The notes under the pieces are model-generated. The model did no database searches and was not told the DNA's origin. It saw only the letters and a list, made by a program, of their open reading frames with translations. From Candidatus Poribacteria bacterium (GTDB taxonomy: Bacteria; Poribacteria; WGA-4E; PCPOR2b): a stretch of DNA of 64,000 nucleotides. A program made the position numbers and the translations under genes. Where the stretch lies: contig OZ242326.1 of NCBI GenBank assembly GCA_965208325.1, positions 1,408,001 to 1,472,000 on the forward strand. The letters run 5' to 3'. Below, piece after piece: positions 1 to 10,502 of this stretch; the stretch's first letter is position 1; every line of letters starts with the position of its first letter.

Positions 1-422
1 TCCGCGAAGAATGGCAGGATATGCGCTACCATGAAGCACCGCCCACTGCTTTCTGCAATTTGAACCATTTCGTTAGCATCGTCAAGCCTAACGGAGATAG
101 GTTTTTCGACAAGCACATGCTTTCCGGCTTCCAACGCGGCGATACTTACGGCTTTATGCAGATGGGTTGGCAAGCAGACGTCAATTAAATCAACGTCCGG
201 GTCAGCCAAGATATTGTCAATCGCATCATACTTGCGTATGTGCGAGAGGTCCTCAAAACCGCCGCGGGGTCCAAAGTTCCCCTGTATACCGGACCAATCC
301 CCCTCGCGCTTTTTCTGGTCTCGTGTGCAGATTGCGACGACTTCACCGCCCGAAACTTTTTTGGAGGCGTAATAGTGAATGGATCCCATAAAGCCGATGC
401 CAACAATTCCGATTTTTACCAC
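1..422 (-). CDS. Gfo/Idh/MocA family oxidoreductase (3' end runs off the window)
   Basis: Manual translation from GTG at 422: MVKIGIVGIGFMGSIH...DLIDVCLPTHLH...AGKHVLVEKP. Rossmann GxGxxG and EKP motifs. Not in the ORF track because the stop lies outside the window. Confidence 0.9.
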   Translation of the reverse strand, partial: MVKIGIVGIGFMGSIHYYASKKVSGGEVVAICTRDQKKREGDWSGIQGNFGPRGGFEDLSHIRKYDAIDNILADPDVDLIDVCLPTHLHKAVSIAALEAGKHVLVEKPISVRLDDANEMVQIAESSGRCFMVAHILPFFA

Positions 423-462
423 GGTTTTTCCCTCACGCTTCAAATTATGCGGCTCGTGTATT

Positions 463-1245
463 TTACCGCAAAGCCTTCACGCACTCCTCATGAATTTTTC
501 CATTTGTGGCAAGGAACGGTATTGGTTCGCCGCTATAGGCGGACGCATCGGGTGACAATGGGAAACACAATTCACCGGAAGGGCGCGTCATTACACCGCC
601 TGCCTCTTCCAAAATGACCGTTGGCGCTGCGATATCCCAGAGTTTGGTGTTGGTATCGAAACTGCCATCAAAGTCGCCTGCCGCAACGGCACAGATATGC
701 AGCGCCGCCGATCCAAGGCTTCTGCCCTTAAAGGGCTTTTGCACAAAGCCGTTAAGCGAAGCGATGACATCAGACGAATAACCAAACAGGCCGATCGCGT
801 CTAATTTTTCGCGGTCATTGACGTGAAGCGGGACTCCATTCAGGGTTGCGCCGTTGTTTTTGGCTGCGCTATACATGCGATCCGCAGTCGGGTCAAATAC
901 AACACCAAGCATCGGGACCCCTTTCTGCAAGAGCGCAATAACGACCGCGAAGATTGGGAAGCTTGCGGCATAGTTGGTGGTGCCGTCCAGCGGATCTGTC
1001 ACCCAACAGTTGTCGGATTTCGCCGACGACATGCCAAATTCCTCTCCGTATACGGCGTGATTCGGGAATTCAGATTGGAGCCGTTCAGCAATCAATATCT
1101 CCGATGCTTTATCGGCTTCGGTAACGATATCGCCGATGCCTTTGTAAGTAATCCGGCGAATCTTGCCGAAGTATTCCATCAGGACGCTGCCCGCTTCACG
1201 GGCAATGTCTTCGACAGTTCGTAAAACCACCGCCGGCTCATTCAT
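463..1245 (-). CDS. Inositol monophosphatase family protein (SuhB-like)
   Basis: Motifs DIVTEAD, GEE, WVTDPLDGTTNY, GSAAL, WDIAA. Confidence 0.92.
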   Translation of the reverse strand: MNEPAVVLRTVEDIAREAGSVLMEYFGKIRRITYKGIGDIVTEADKASEILIAERLQSEFPNHAVYGEEFGMSSAKSDNCWVTDPLDGTTNYAASFPIFAVVIALLQKGVPMLGVVFDPTADRMYSAAKNNGATLNGVPLHVNDREKLDAIGLFGYSSDVIASLNGFVQKPFKGRSLGSAALHICAVAAGDFDGSFDTNTKLWDIAAPTVILEEAGGVMTRPSGELCFPLSPDASAYSGEPIPFLATNGKIHEECVKALR

Positions 1246-1366
1246 TTCGTCTGTTGTTCCTTCTAGTTCGGTTCGCAGTCTTCATTAAATCGCCCGCCTT
1301 ATCACTACCCAAAGTGTAAAAAATTGCACTTCGGACGGTGGGATTTCAAATTTCTCAAGCAATTCA

Positions 1367-1427
1367 TAAAAAACGGGTTAAGGATGAGATAGGTTAATCC
1401 CACCAACGCTTCTGCTCCTCAACCCGT
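1367..1427 (-). terminator. Possible intrinsic terminator / hairpin downstream of the TPR gene
   Basis: Minus strand ACGGGTTGAGGA...TCCTTAACCCGT (12-bp stem including one G-U pair, long loop) followed by a T run. Confidence 0.45.
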
Positions 1428-1477
1428 AACCATAAACGTTCGAAGTTATTGTATGAGAACCGTGCCGAGTCAAAACC

Positions 1478-3427
1478 TCATTCCGACTTTTGATTTGTGG
1501 TTTCTGTTTCATTAATCTTCATTTTCAATTCGTTCAGCCTGCGGCGGACTTCCTGATTGTACCGGTTGATTTCCAGAAACTCTTCCCATAGCGCAAGAGC
1601 CTCATCCGCATAACCTTGGGAGATGTAATACTCGCCTAGCGCAATATGGGCTACATCGGCATGGGGATCTTTTTCGATTGATTCCTTAAACGCTTCCACT
1701 GCAGCGTCAGCCTCTCCTTCGAGCAGAGCAAGCTGCCCCCGCCCGTAGGCAATTAATGCGTGTTCGGGAAATTCGGCTGCAAGCGCATCAATTGATTCCT
1801 TAGCCCTATCAGCCATGCCATCCTTGTGAGCCGCCATTGCTGCATGAATTTTGGCATCAATTATTTGAACGTCAAGCTGGTGCAGTTCCGCATTACTCTC
1901 TGTATTTTGCTTCTGCCGTGCGGCGATCCGCGCGGCGGCTTCGTATTTGGTTTTCGCCCGCGTGTAGTTTCCATATTTATAGCAGACATCTCCAAGCTCC
2001 TTCTCGCCGCGGTAAGTGTTGCCTTTTGCATCAACAAGATCCTGGAAAATTCCCGCCCGCTTACTCTGATTTAACTGATAGTAAAGCACCTCGGCCAGGC
2101 TCTGGAGTGCATCGGTGGAATCCGTTTTCGCTGCGACCGCGCGTTCAAAAGACTCCATGGCTTTATGCGGGTCGCCCATTTTCTTGTATGCGAGCCCCAT
2201 CCTCCAGTAAATCTCTGAATCCCTGAACTGATTGAAGCCGACGACGGTTTGGTATGTCTCGATGGCTTTTTCGAATTCATCATTGGCATACTGATTCTCA
2301 CCGGTTTTTATGATGGCTTCAATAACTTCTCGATTGCTCCTTACCGCCTTGTTTAATACTTCTTGAGCGCGCTGATGCATTCCGAGTTTGCGGTAGCAGA
2401 TTGATAAGCTGAGATAGCTATATGGACTAATTTCCGCTTCGGCTGCATTCGCGAGTTGAATTGCGCGGAAATATAGTGCCCCGGCATCCCGATAACCTTC
2501 CTCCTGAAAAAGCATGTTGGCAACCATTAGCATGGCATCATAATATGTGCCTTGTCCGTCCATTGAAAATTGAAAACTTCTCATAATTTTTTCACCGCTG
2601 ACGCCAAATCCGGAGTTCGCCTCCGGTGCGGCGCCCATCGCGCGGCTGCGTTCCGCCCCGGGCGGACGGTCGCGTTCTAGGCGTTTCTCCCGCCTAGCTA
2701 GACTCCGACCGGCTTGCGATGCTAATGGATCTTCAGGTTTTGGGATAGTCGCTCCCATTAATTGTAATTCTCGTTTGGCTTCGCTAATGGACGCATCTGT
2801 GCCTTCGACCTTGCCATACTTTTTCACGAGGGATTGATAGGTTCGTTTGGCTTCCGAGCTATCCTTGAGCTGGTCTTTCTGGATTTGGCCTTTCCTCACG
2901 AGTGCTTGCGCCGCACGGTCACTCTTAGGGTATCGGTTGGCGAAGTTGCCATAGATTTCCGCGGCTTGCTCATAGTTTTTGGCTTCCTCATAACTCTTTG
3001 CCAACAGCAGTTGAGCGTTACTACTCAACTCATGTTCCGGAAAATTGTTTATGATTGTGTCGAAGAATCCCCTCGCGGATTCATATTCCTTAGACTTCAA
3101 ATAGTGGACTCCAAGCCGATAGTTCGCTGATGCAGCCTCATCGCTGTCGGGCGCCGCGGCGATTATTGCCTGATAGGTTTCCACGCCTCTCTCAGGCTGG
3201 TTCATAGTTTCAACATAAAGCTTGCCTACGGCTAATTGCGCTTGCCGAGCGATTGGTGTGCCCGGATTAGACGCGACCAGCGCTTCGGCTACTTCAATGG
3301 CGCCGTGATAATCTTTCTCATCGATCAGTTTCTCGACTTCCCCGGTACCCTTGCCGGAAATACAGCTATATTGGGCAAGTACCATCACAGTTGCTAATAC
3401 GAATGCGCAAAACCTATTATATTTCAT
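1478..3427 (-). CDS. Tetratricopeptide repeat protein, probably a secreted lipoprotein (BamD/YbgF-like TPRs)
   Basis: N-terminal hydrophobic signal ending at a Cys; many TPR units (e.g. ANYRLGVHYLKSKEYESARGFFDTIINNFPEH). Confidence 0.85.
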   Translation of the reverse strand: MKYNRFCAFVLATVMVLAQYSCISGKGTGEVEKLIDEKDYHGAIEVAEALVASNPGTPIARQAQLAVGKLYVETMNQPERGVETYQAIIAAAPDSDEAASANYRLGVHYLKSKEYESARGFFDTIINNFPEHELSSNAQLLLAKSYEEAKNYEQAAEIYGNFANRYPKSDRAAQALVRKGQIQKDQLKDSSEAKRTYQSLVKKYGKVEGTDASISEAKRELQLMGATIPKPEDPLASQAGRSLARREKRLERDRPPGAERSRAMGAAPEANSGFGVSGEKIMRSFQFSMDGQGTYYDAMLMVANMLFQEEGYRDAGALYFRAIQLANAAEAEISPYSYLSLSICYRKLGMHQRAQEVLNKAVRSNREVIEAIIKTGENQYANDEFEKAIETYQTVVGFNQFRDSEIYWRMGLAYKKMGDPHKAMESFERAVAAKTDSTDALQSLAEVLYYQLNQSKRAGIFQDLVDAKGNTYRGEKELGDVCYKYGNYTRAKTKYEAAARIAARQKQNTESNAELHQLDVQIIDAKIHAAMAAHKDGMADRAKESIDALAAEFPEHALIAYGRGQLALLEGEADAAVEAFKESIEKDPHADVAHIALGEYYISQGYADEALALWEEFLEINRYNQEVRRRLNELKMKINETETTNQKSE

Positions 3428-3534
3428 TGTTCGTCCTCCTTATCTTGTAATCCGTCGATAAAGTTTAGGGTAGGTCTGTCGGTTTTCAGATTTTCAACTG
3501 ACAAGCAGTTATGAATTCAATGCTGTCCAAGTGT

Positions 3535-4668
3535 TCAATACATATTACTTAGTGCGCTCGCTTCAATGAGGTCATGCAGAAATTTACGGCTGTAACCTTC
3601 CTTTTCGAGCAGAGCATCGCAATCTACCGTGTTCCGCTCATTGGGCCCCTTGCCTGTCTCCAAAATCGAATTGGTGAGCCAACTTGTACGAATCCCGTTT
3701 ATGCCCGAGGTGTAGTTTGTGTTGTATTGACCTTTAGCCAAGCCAACGATCTGATCTACCTTGCAATGCGGATATCCCTTTGGACGCTGAAATGTTAGTG
3801 GCTGCGGCTCGCCGCCCTTTGGGATAAAGCGGATGCCGTCTTTAATCTCAAGAACTCCCGCGCTGCCTTCAAGGATAATCCATTCCTTGAAGCCAATTTG
3901 CGTGTTGCCAACGATTGTAATTTTACCGCTCGACCCATCCTCCATTGTGACCTCTGAGTATGAATCTACTTCTACAGCTTTCATTGAGATATTTCCATCT
4001 TTGTCTTCACTCTTTTTGTCTGTTGTACCGTGCACTTGCATTGGCAACAAGTCTGTCATCCAGAGGAAAATATCCTGCATATGGCTGCCGGAGTCATTCG
4101 GCTGCCCTCCGCCGGAGAATCGCGCATCCCCCCGCCATCCGCTGCCGGGCCAATGTTGCGCTAAGTAGACATCAAACTTTTCCAGTTTGCCGATTATGCC
4201 GTCCGAAAACGCCTTTCTGCCAGTGACATAGATTTCTTCATAATGGCGCTGATATCCGACGACCAGATGCAAACCCCGCCCCATGGCAATCTTGGTCATT
4301 GTAATTGCATCTCCAACAATGTTCGCCATCGGTTTTTCCACGATTACGTGACACCCGGCGCGTAACGCATATTTGGAATGGATATCGTGCAACGAGTGGG
4401 GCGAGAAAACGCCGACAATATCGAGATCCTCTTTGTCCAGCATCTCAATGAATTCATATTCGCCGACGTAACGATTGAAACTGTTTTTCTCGTAGTTTTC
4501 AACGTGTTCGCGGAGGGCATTTTCCAGCGTGTCTATACTTCGTTCACTGTTGTCAGCTACCGCGGCAATCTCAACATCGTCCCGTGCAGCAAACGCTAAC
4601 GTGTTTCCGCGCCCAGCTCCACCGGGACCTATCACACCGACTCTAACGATGCTGTTCTTACTCGCCAT
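3535..4668 (-). CDS. Gfo/Idh/MocA family oxidoreductase
   Basis: VRVGVIGPGGAG, HVIVEKPM, VGYQRH, GGGQPNDSGSH. Confidence 0.9.
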   Translation of the reverse strand: MASKNSIVRVGVIGPGGAGRGNTLAFAARDDVEIAAVADNSERSIDTLENALREHVENYEKNSFNRYVGEYEFIEMLDKEDLDIVGVFSPHSLHDIHSKYALRAGCHVIVEKPMANIVGDAITMTKIAMGRGLHLVVGYQRHYEEIYVTGRKAFSDGIIGKLEKFDVYLAQHWPGSGWRGDARFSGGGQPNDSGSHMQDIFLWMTDLLPMQVHGTTDKKSEDKDGNISMKAVEVDSYSEVTMEDGSSGKITIVGNTQIGFKEWIILEGSAGVLEIKDGIRFIPKGGEPQPLTFQRPKGYPHCKVDQIVGLAKGQYNTNYTSGINGIRTSWLTNSILETGKGPNERNTVDCDALLEKEGYSRKFLHDLIEASALSNMY

Positions 4669-4785
4669 AACAAGAATGGCTCCTATCCTTAAGAAGAATG
4701 GTTAACTTAGACTTCGATAATTCCGCCGAGAATGCGGCAGCGTTGGCGGTTTGGGTTTCTATTGTAGCGAAACGTTTTTTTTCGC

Positions 4786-5661
4786 TTAGACGCCTAATTG
4801 TCTGAGAACATCCTTCGTCGAAACCATATGTTTGGCGACCCCTAGTTCCTTTGGCGCCAAACCGAGCGCGAGGCCAATCATCTGCGGAAGGTGGAAAACT
4901 GGCACATCGAGTTTGCGTCCGACCACCTTGCTGACTGAAGGCTGTTGGAGGTCGAGATTCATGTGGCAGAGCGGACAAGGCGTCACCATGCAGTCGGCGC
5001 CTTTGTCCTTTGCCTCGCCAATGTGCTTTCCCGCCATTTTGAACGCGGCTTCCTCGTTCTCCAAGTTTATGGGAAACCCGCAGCATCGCGTTTTCCCGTA
5101 GTAATCCACAGGCGTTGCACCCACCGCTTCAATCACGCGTTCCAATGAGGTTGGATTGTCTGGGTTGTCAATTCCCATAACATCCGCAGGCCGAAGGATG
5201 TAACAGCCGTAAAACGGTGCGACGCGCAAACCTGTTAGCGGCTGTTTAACCATGCTGCGTAAATTTTCTGTACCGACCTCCTTGATTAGGACGTACAGAA
5301 GGTGCGTTACATCCACACTCCCGTGATATTCGTGTCCACCATTTTTGAGAACTTCGTTGACTTCTGCACGATAGCCTTCATCCTCGGACAGCTTTTTATT
5401 GCTATTGCGCAGACAGCCGATACATGTCGAACAGACCGTCATTAGCGGCAAGTCTAACTCCTCGGCGAGCGCAAGGGTCTTGGCATTGTACGTATCGGCT
5501 AGCACCGGATTCTGTGCTTGCAGGACTCCTGCGCCGCTGCAAGGCGCACCGGTAAGTTCAATCAACTCTATGCCAAGCAGGGGCGCAATCTTATGGGTGG
5601 ACTGGTTCAGTTCAGGACAGTTTCCCTTGGCAACACATCCGGGAAAGTAGGCAACTCTCAT
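4786..5661 (-). CDS. CCG-domain HdrB-like protein; probable non-heme anchor subunit of a type E succinate:quinone oxidoreductase
   Basis: AYFPGC, CSGAG, TVCSTC, FYGCY, CCGFP, VTPCPLCHMNLD; last gene of the sdh cluster. Confidence 0.88.
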   Translation of the reverse strand: MRVAYFPGCVAKGNCPELNQSTHKIAPLLGIELIELTGAPCSGAGVLQAQNPVLADTYNAKTLALAEELDLPLMTVCSTCIGCLRNSNKKLSEDEGYRAEVNEVLKNGGHEYHGSVDVTHLLYVLIKEVGTENLRSMVKQPLTGLRVAPFYGCYILRPADVMGIDNPDNPTSLERVIEAVGATPVDYYGKTRCCGFPINLENEEAAFKMAGKHIGEAKDKGADCMVTPCPLCHMNLDLQQPSVSKVVGRKLDVPVFHLPQMIGLALGLAPKELGVAKHMVSTKDVLRQLGV

Positions 5662-5789
5662 TCACTCCTCCTGTATCAATTCTGAGGGTCATAATTTGGT
5701 GTATGTTCCATTCTCGCTAGCAGACAAGCGTTTAATCTCGGCGCGGCACCGGCATCTATTGGCTGCATACGTTTAAATTGGCTGAAACA

Positions 5790-6539
5790 CTATCTGACTA
5801 TAGCTTTGAGGTATTCCCGCCTCATCGCGGCAATGTTTGAGATTGAAATCTCTTTAGGGCAGACTGCTTCGCATTCCGCATGGTTGGAACAATCTCCGAA
5901 TCCTTCCTTGTCCATCTGTTCAACCATATTGAGCGCGCGCCGTTTTCTCTCCGGTTTTCCCTGCGATAACAGCGCGAATTGTGTAATTCTCGCCCCAACA
6001 AACAGAGACCCAGATGCGTTCGGACACGCCGCGACGCACGCCCCGCAACCGATACACACAGCGGCGTCCATTGCTTGGTCCGCATCATCTTTAGGTATCG
6101 GCAATGCATTTGCATCGGGCGCCTCACCGACATTCACAGAGATATACCCCCCGGCTGCCATGATTCTATCGAAAGCGCTGCGATCCACAACCAAGTCTTT
6201 AATGACTGGAAACGCCTTCGCACGCCAAGGTTCGATGGTAATGGTATCGCCATCTCTGTACTCACGCATGTGAACTTGGCAGGCGGCGGTTGCGCGCCTT
6301 GGCCCGTGAGCCACGCCATTTATCACAAACCCGCACATACCGCAGATACCTTCGCGGCAGTCGTTGTCAAATTCAATCGCCTCTTCGCCTTTTTTGATGA
6401 GATCTTCATTCAGCATATCAAGCATTTCAAGAAACGACATATCGGGGGAAGCATTACTGATAGTGTAAGGTACCATCTTACCCGCACTGCCAGCGTCTTT
6501 TTGCCGCCAAATGAGCAAATTTAACGTCATGTTTCTCAT
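5790..6539 (-). CDS. sdhB: Succinate dehydrogenase/fumarate reductase iron-sulfur subunit (cytochrome b-associated, Bacteroidetes-like type)
   Basis: [10 protein letters not shown] [2Fe-2S], [12 protein letters not shown] [4Fe-4S], [12 protein letters not shown] [3Fe-4S]-type. Confidence 0.93.
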   Translation of the reverse strand: MRNMTLNLLIWRQKDAGSAGKMVPYTISNASPDMSFLEMLDMLNEDLIKKGEEAIEFDNDCREGICGMCGFVINGVAHGPRRATAACQVHMREYRDGDTITIEPWRAKAFPVIKDLVVDRSAFDRIMAAGGYISVNVGEAPDANALPIPKDDADQAMDAAVCIGCGACVAACPNASGSLFVGARITQFALLSQGKPERKRRALNMVEQMDKEGFGDCSNHAECEAVCPKEISISNIAAMRREYLKAIVR

Positions 6540-6584
6540 TATGGTTAAATTTAATTATTCAGAAATTGGCGTTCACGCCATTAC

Positions 6585-7301
6585 TCAAGACGCAACGCCC
6601 CTAAAGTAAATTATTATGGGGAGCAATAAAAACCCAACCGCCATGGCGGCGGCAAAGACAATACCCACTGCGTAGATAAAAGGTGCATAGCGCGGGTAGC
6701 CGATGCCGATAGATTGAAAAGCGCTCCAGAAACCGTGTCTAAGGTGCAAGCCAAGCAGCAGCATTACCGCAACGTATCCGATTACAGTCCAAATATTACT
6801 GAACTCCTCTTCCACCAATCTGTATATATCCCTAACCTCTTCGCCATGAATTTCCGTGAGGTGTGCGTCAACGTATTCTGCTTCGACGCCCGGCCCGAAC
6901 TTGAACATTTTGAGATGGATGATTACAAAGGCTAACAAAACTATCCCTGTAACCAGCATACTCACAGAACTCAAAGATTTTCGGCTCGGATGCCCTGCCC
7001 CAGCGGTTTTGAAATACCGCATGGCGCGGGGGCGCGCCTCCGTTTTGCGTACTGCAACCGATATCCCCATGATGATATGGACCGCGAAAACGGCGACGAG
7101 TCCAAGTTCAATAACGATGAGGATTTCGCCGAGGTTGTGCAACCAATGCGCATATCGATTAAAGGGTCCGGCATTTTTGTGAAGGAGTAAGAGGTTGCCC
7201 GACAAATGTTCAAGAATGAATACACATAAAACTAAACCCGTAATGCCCGTCAGAAATTTTTTGCCGACCGAAGACCAGACAATTGATGAAAATCGAGACA
7301 T
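6585..7301 (-). CDS. sdhC: Succinate dehydrogenase cytochrome b subunit (b558 family, about 5 TM helices)
   Basis: SSVGKKFLTGITG, EHLSGN, VHI, IHL and HLRHGFWSAFQSIG heme-ligand His motifs. Confidence 0.92.
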   Translation of the reverse strand: MSRFSSIVWSSVGKKFLTGITGLVLCVFILEHLSGNLLLLHKNAGPFNRYAHWLHNLGEILIVIELGLVAVFAVHIIMGISVAVRKTEARPRAMRYFKTAGAGHPSRKSLSSVSMLVTGIVLLAFVIIHLKMFKFGPGVEAEYVDAHLTEIHGEEVRDIYRLVEEEFSNIWTVIGYVAVMLLLGLHLRHGFWSAFQSIGIGYPRYAPFIYAVGIVFAAAMAVGFLLLPIIIYFRGVAS

Positions 7302-7434
7302 AACTTTAAATCAATTCACAGTTCGATATGGAAATTGTTGCATCATCTCGCACGATGGGCGAATGCCGCGGCGAAGTTCCGCAGGTATGGCGACACCGCT
7401 CTTCGACCAGATAGGCTGATTCTCTGTGGCGTCC

Positions 7435-8400
7435 CTACTCTGTCCCCTTCTTTACTTCCAACTCTTCATGGATGCGCCGGACATCTTGGACCTCCGTCAC
7501 CGATGGGTGGGTGCCGGGTAAAAGGGGTTTGATTTTACCTTTCAGGGTGGCTTTAATCGCGATGCCTGCGTTCCGAAAAGCCCAACCGATACCCGCCGCT
7601 TTTATGGGCAGCGTGCGTTCATCAAGCACGCCGGTGTGCGCTACACTTTCGGTAAAGTGCAGGACGTGTTTCGCGCCGACGTTGTCCGTCAAGCCAGCGT
7701 CAATCGCCAATTCACGAAGCTTAATAATCTGATCCATCGGGGCAACATTCTTCGGGCAGACCTGCACGCACTCCACACACCGCGTACAATCCCAGATACC
7801 GCCTTCCTCGCTCAATTCGGTTAGCCACTCATGGGATTTTGCGTGGCGCGGATCGCCAACGACACGGTACGCCTTAGCTAATGCCGCAGGCGCCAAGAAT
7901 TTTGACGTTTCCTCCAGCACCGTACAATCGCTCACACACGCACCGCACATAACGCAGTTCATCGGTTGCTGCAGTTCGACCATTTTGCTGTGCGGCACCT
8001 GATACTCACGATCGGGCGGTTCTCCCTCTGTCTCGATCCACGGCTTGACCTGCTGTATCTTGTCCCAAAACATCTCCATATCGGTCACAAGATCTTTGAC
8101 CACCTTCATGTTACCCATCGGCTCCACACAAACCTCTTCACCGTTGGGAGCAAGCTTCGAGAGGGCAGTTTTGCAACCCAACTTTGCGTGTCCGTTCACC
8201 CTAAAGGCACACGAACCGCAGACGGCGCTGCGGCACGAACACCGCATCGTCAGTGTGCCATCAATATCTTCACGCACCTTGATGAGTGCGTCTAATACGG
8301 TCGAGAAGTCTGGTAAACCGTCCACTTGATACGTGTCATAGTGCGGTTCTTGGTCTTTTTGCGGATCGTATCGGTACACTTTTAAGTTGGCTTGTATCAT
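7435..8400 (-). CDS. sdhB: Succinate dehydrogenase iron-sulfur subunit, long type E-like form
   Basis: CSCRSAVCGSC, CVMCGACVSDC, CTRCVECVQVCP (full four-Cys third cluster), C-terminal extension. Confidence 0.92.
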   Translation of the reverse strand: MIQANLKVYRYDPQKDQEPHYDTYQVDGLPDFSTVLDALIKVREDIDGTLTMRCSCRSAVCGSCAFRVNGHAKLGCKTALSKLAPNGEEVCVEPMGNMKVVKDLVTDMEMFWDKIQQVKPWIETEGEPPDREYQVPHSKMVELQQPMNCVMCGACVSDCTVLEETSKFLAPAALAKAYRVVGDPRHAKSHEWLTELSEEGGIWDCTRCVECVQVCPKNVAPMDQIIKLRELAIDAGLTDNVGAKHVLHFTESVAHTGVLDERTLPIKAAGIGWAFRNAGIAIKATLKGKIKPLLPGTHPSVTEVQDVRRIHEELEVKKGTE

Positions 8401-8504
8401 TCATCATCTCCTTTGGGACCCCAGCGGTTAGCGGCTTGCAACTCGAAAAAACACACGGATTTAACTATCCACAGACCGCTCGGCGCTGCCGTCGTACATC
8501 AGTG

Positions 8505-10208
8505 CTAATATTTCCGTGCCTCAGGCTGCCATTGGGTAATCGTCACCGGCAAATAGTTGATTGCGGGACCGTCGGGTGTTTGGTAGACAACCACATGTTT
8601 AATCCAGTTTTCATCGTCGCGTTCAGGGTAATCGGTCCGAGTATGCGCCCCCCGGCTCTCCTTCCGGGCAAGCGCACTAACGATTATCGTTTCCGCGCAG
8701 TCTAGCATGTAATCTAACTCTAGGACTGCCAATAAATCAGTATTGAACACACGCCCCTTATCGTGAACGGAGATTTCGTTATAACGATTACGAACTTCAC
8801 CGATTTGGCGTTGGGCTTCGAGCAAACCGGCTTCGTCTCGAAATACACCGGTGTATTGATGCATAATCTCGCCCATCTCTAGCCTTAAGGCTGGTGCGCG
8901 CAGGTCGGTTGAACGCGAAAAGATGTCGATTATTTTCTGCTCTTCTATCTCCACAGCTTGATCCGAGACGTTCGAAGGGTTTATACTCCTGGCGTAATCC
9001 GCGGCATGCGCCCCGGCTCGCCGGCCGAATGCGACGCAGTCGAGCAGGCTGTTTCCGCCCAAACGGTTTGCACCGTGCGCCGAAACACACGCTACTTCGC
9101 CGGCAGCATACAATCCGGGGAGCGCCTCTACACCATCGCCGTTTTGCCGGTAACACCGCCCATCCACGTCGGTCTTGATTCCGCCCATAATATAGTGCAT
9201 TCCCGGTCGAATTGGCAGCGGTTCCTGCGTGATGTCTACGTTAGCGTAATCCTGTGCGAGTTCGTATATCTGGTGGAACGCTTCCAAGATACGGTCTTTG
9301 ATATGCCGGCAATCCAGCAGCACACACCCGTCCACGCCGCGCCCTTCTTGGATTTCAATGGTTTCGGCGCGCGACACAACATCGCGTGAAGCTTTCTCCA
9401 GCAGTGTCGTGGCGCCGTAGCGTTCATTCTGCATAAAACGATCGCCGTCGGCGTTCAGTAAATAGGCGCCCTCGCCGCGCGCGCCTTCGGTGATGAGGAA
9501 GCCGTTGGCAGGCAGGGTTGTCGGGTGGTATTGAACCATCTCCATATCCATGATTAGCGCGCCGACCCTATAGGCTAATGCTAACCCGTCGCCCGTCACG
9601 ATTAACCCGTTGGTACTCGGTTCATAAACGCGGCCGCAGCCGCCCGTGCACAAGATGACCGATTTTGCCTTAAAGACCTCTAGTTTGCCGCTCACGATTT
9701 CCATCGCCACTGCACCGCAGCAGGCGCCATCGTCCATCAACAGCGTTGTCACGAACCACTCGTCATAGGATTTGACATCCATCCGGAGCAGTTGTTCGTA
9801 CATGACGTGAAGAATTGTTTGCCCGGTCATGTCCCCTACGTGGCAAGTGCGGCTCTTATCCGTGCCGCCGAAACCGCGCATGTGGATACGCCCTTCATCG
9901 TCGCGATCGAAGATAACACCGTGATGTTCAAGTGTGAATATATCCTGAATACCTTCGCTGCACAGAATCTCAATGGCGTCCTGATCGCCTAAGAAGTCGC
10001 TGCCCTTGACGGTTTCGTAAGCGTGAACCTCCCACGAGTCGGCAATACCGAGTGCCGCGTTGATGCCGCCCTGCGCCGCAGCCGAGTGCGAGCGTGTCGG
10101 GTACACTTTCGACATCATGGCTACGTCCGCGCCTGCCTGCCTCGCATGCAACGCAGCGCTCATTCCCGCCAAACCACCGCCAATAACGAGCACGTCGTGT
10201 TCAATCAT
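8505..10208 (-). CDS. sdhA: Succinate dehydrogenase/fumarate reductase flavoprotein subunit
   Basis: GGGLAG, RSHSAAAQGGINAA (covalent FAD His), QYHPT, TEGARGEG, HYIMGG, HGANRLGGNSL, ESRGAH. Confidence 0.96.
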   Translation of the reverse strand: MIEHDVLVIGGGLAGMSAALHARQAGADVAMMSKVYPTRSHSAAAQGGINAALGIADSWEVHAYETVKGSDFLGDQDAIEILCSEGIQDIFTLEHHGVIFDRDDEGRIHMRGFGGTDKSRTCHVGDMTGQTILHVMYEQLLRMDVKSYDEWFVTTLLMDDGACCGAVAMEIVSGKLEVFKAKSVILCTGGCGRVYEPSTNGLIVTGDGLALAYRVGALIMDMEMVQYHPTTLPANGFLITEGARGEGAYLLNADGDRFMQNERYGATTLLEKASRDVVSRAETIEIQEGRGVDGCVLLDCRHIKDRILEAFHQIYELAQDYANVDITQEPLPIRPGMHYIMGGIKTDVDGRCYRQNGDGVEALPGLYAAGEVACVSAHGANRLGGNSLLDCVAFGRRAGAHAADYARSINPSNVSDQAVEIEEQKIIDIFSRSTDLRAPALRLEMGEIMHQYTGVFRDEAGLLEAQRQIGEVRNRYNEISVHDKGRVFNTDLLAVLELDYMLDCAETIIVSALARKESRGAHTRTDYPERDDENWIKHVVVYQTPDGPAINYLPVTITQWQPEARKY

Positions 10209-10253
10209 AAAACTCCCTCTGCATTCTTCCTAATGCTATCGCAAATGATCCTA

Positions 10254-10283
10254 ATCTTACCAAGATTCGCATGATGTTGTCAA
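10254..10283 (-). promoter_or_regulatory. Putative sigma70 promoter of the sdh operon
   Basis: Minus strand TTGACA-N18-TAAGAT with an extended -10 TG. Confidence 0.55.
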
Positions 10284-10411
10284 TGAAATTCTTTACGCCG
10301 GTTGGCTGATCCCAACTGTTAAACATAACACATTCATCAACGCAAATGCAAGCGCTATATCGCAAGCAGTACGCTTCCCGAAACTTATGAACTGGAATCA
10401 ACTCAACGTGC

Positions 10412-10440
10412 TTGATTTTTCAGTAAATTCGTGCTAGAAT
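10412..10440 (+). promoter_or_regulatory. Putative sigma70 promoter of the NHL gene
   Basis: TTGATT-N17-TAGAAT with an extended -10 TG. Confidence 0.5.
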
Positions 10441-10502
10441 GGGGAGAATTCGTGGGGAGAGGTGCGCCATAGCCAAGTTAGAATTGAGGAGATATTGAAG
10501 TT

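Noticed and set aside
4786..5661. Heterodisulfide reductase or methanogenesis-type function
   Set aside because: No hdrA or hdrC nearby; the sdh context explains the CCG protein as a complex II subunit.
6540..6584. Possible remnant of a deleted sdhA start between sdhC and sdhB (ATGGCGTGAACGCCAAT)
   Set aside because: Too short and degenerate to distinguish from chance.
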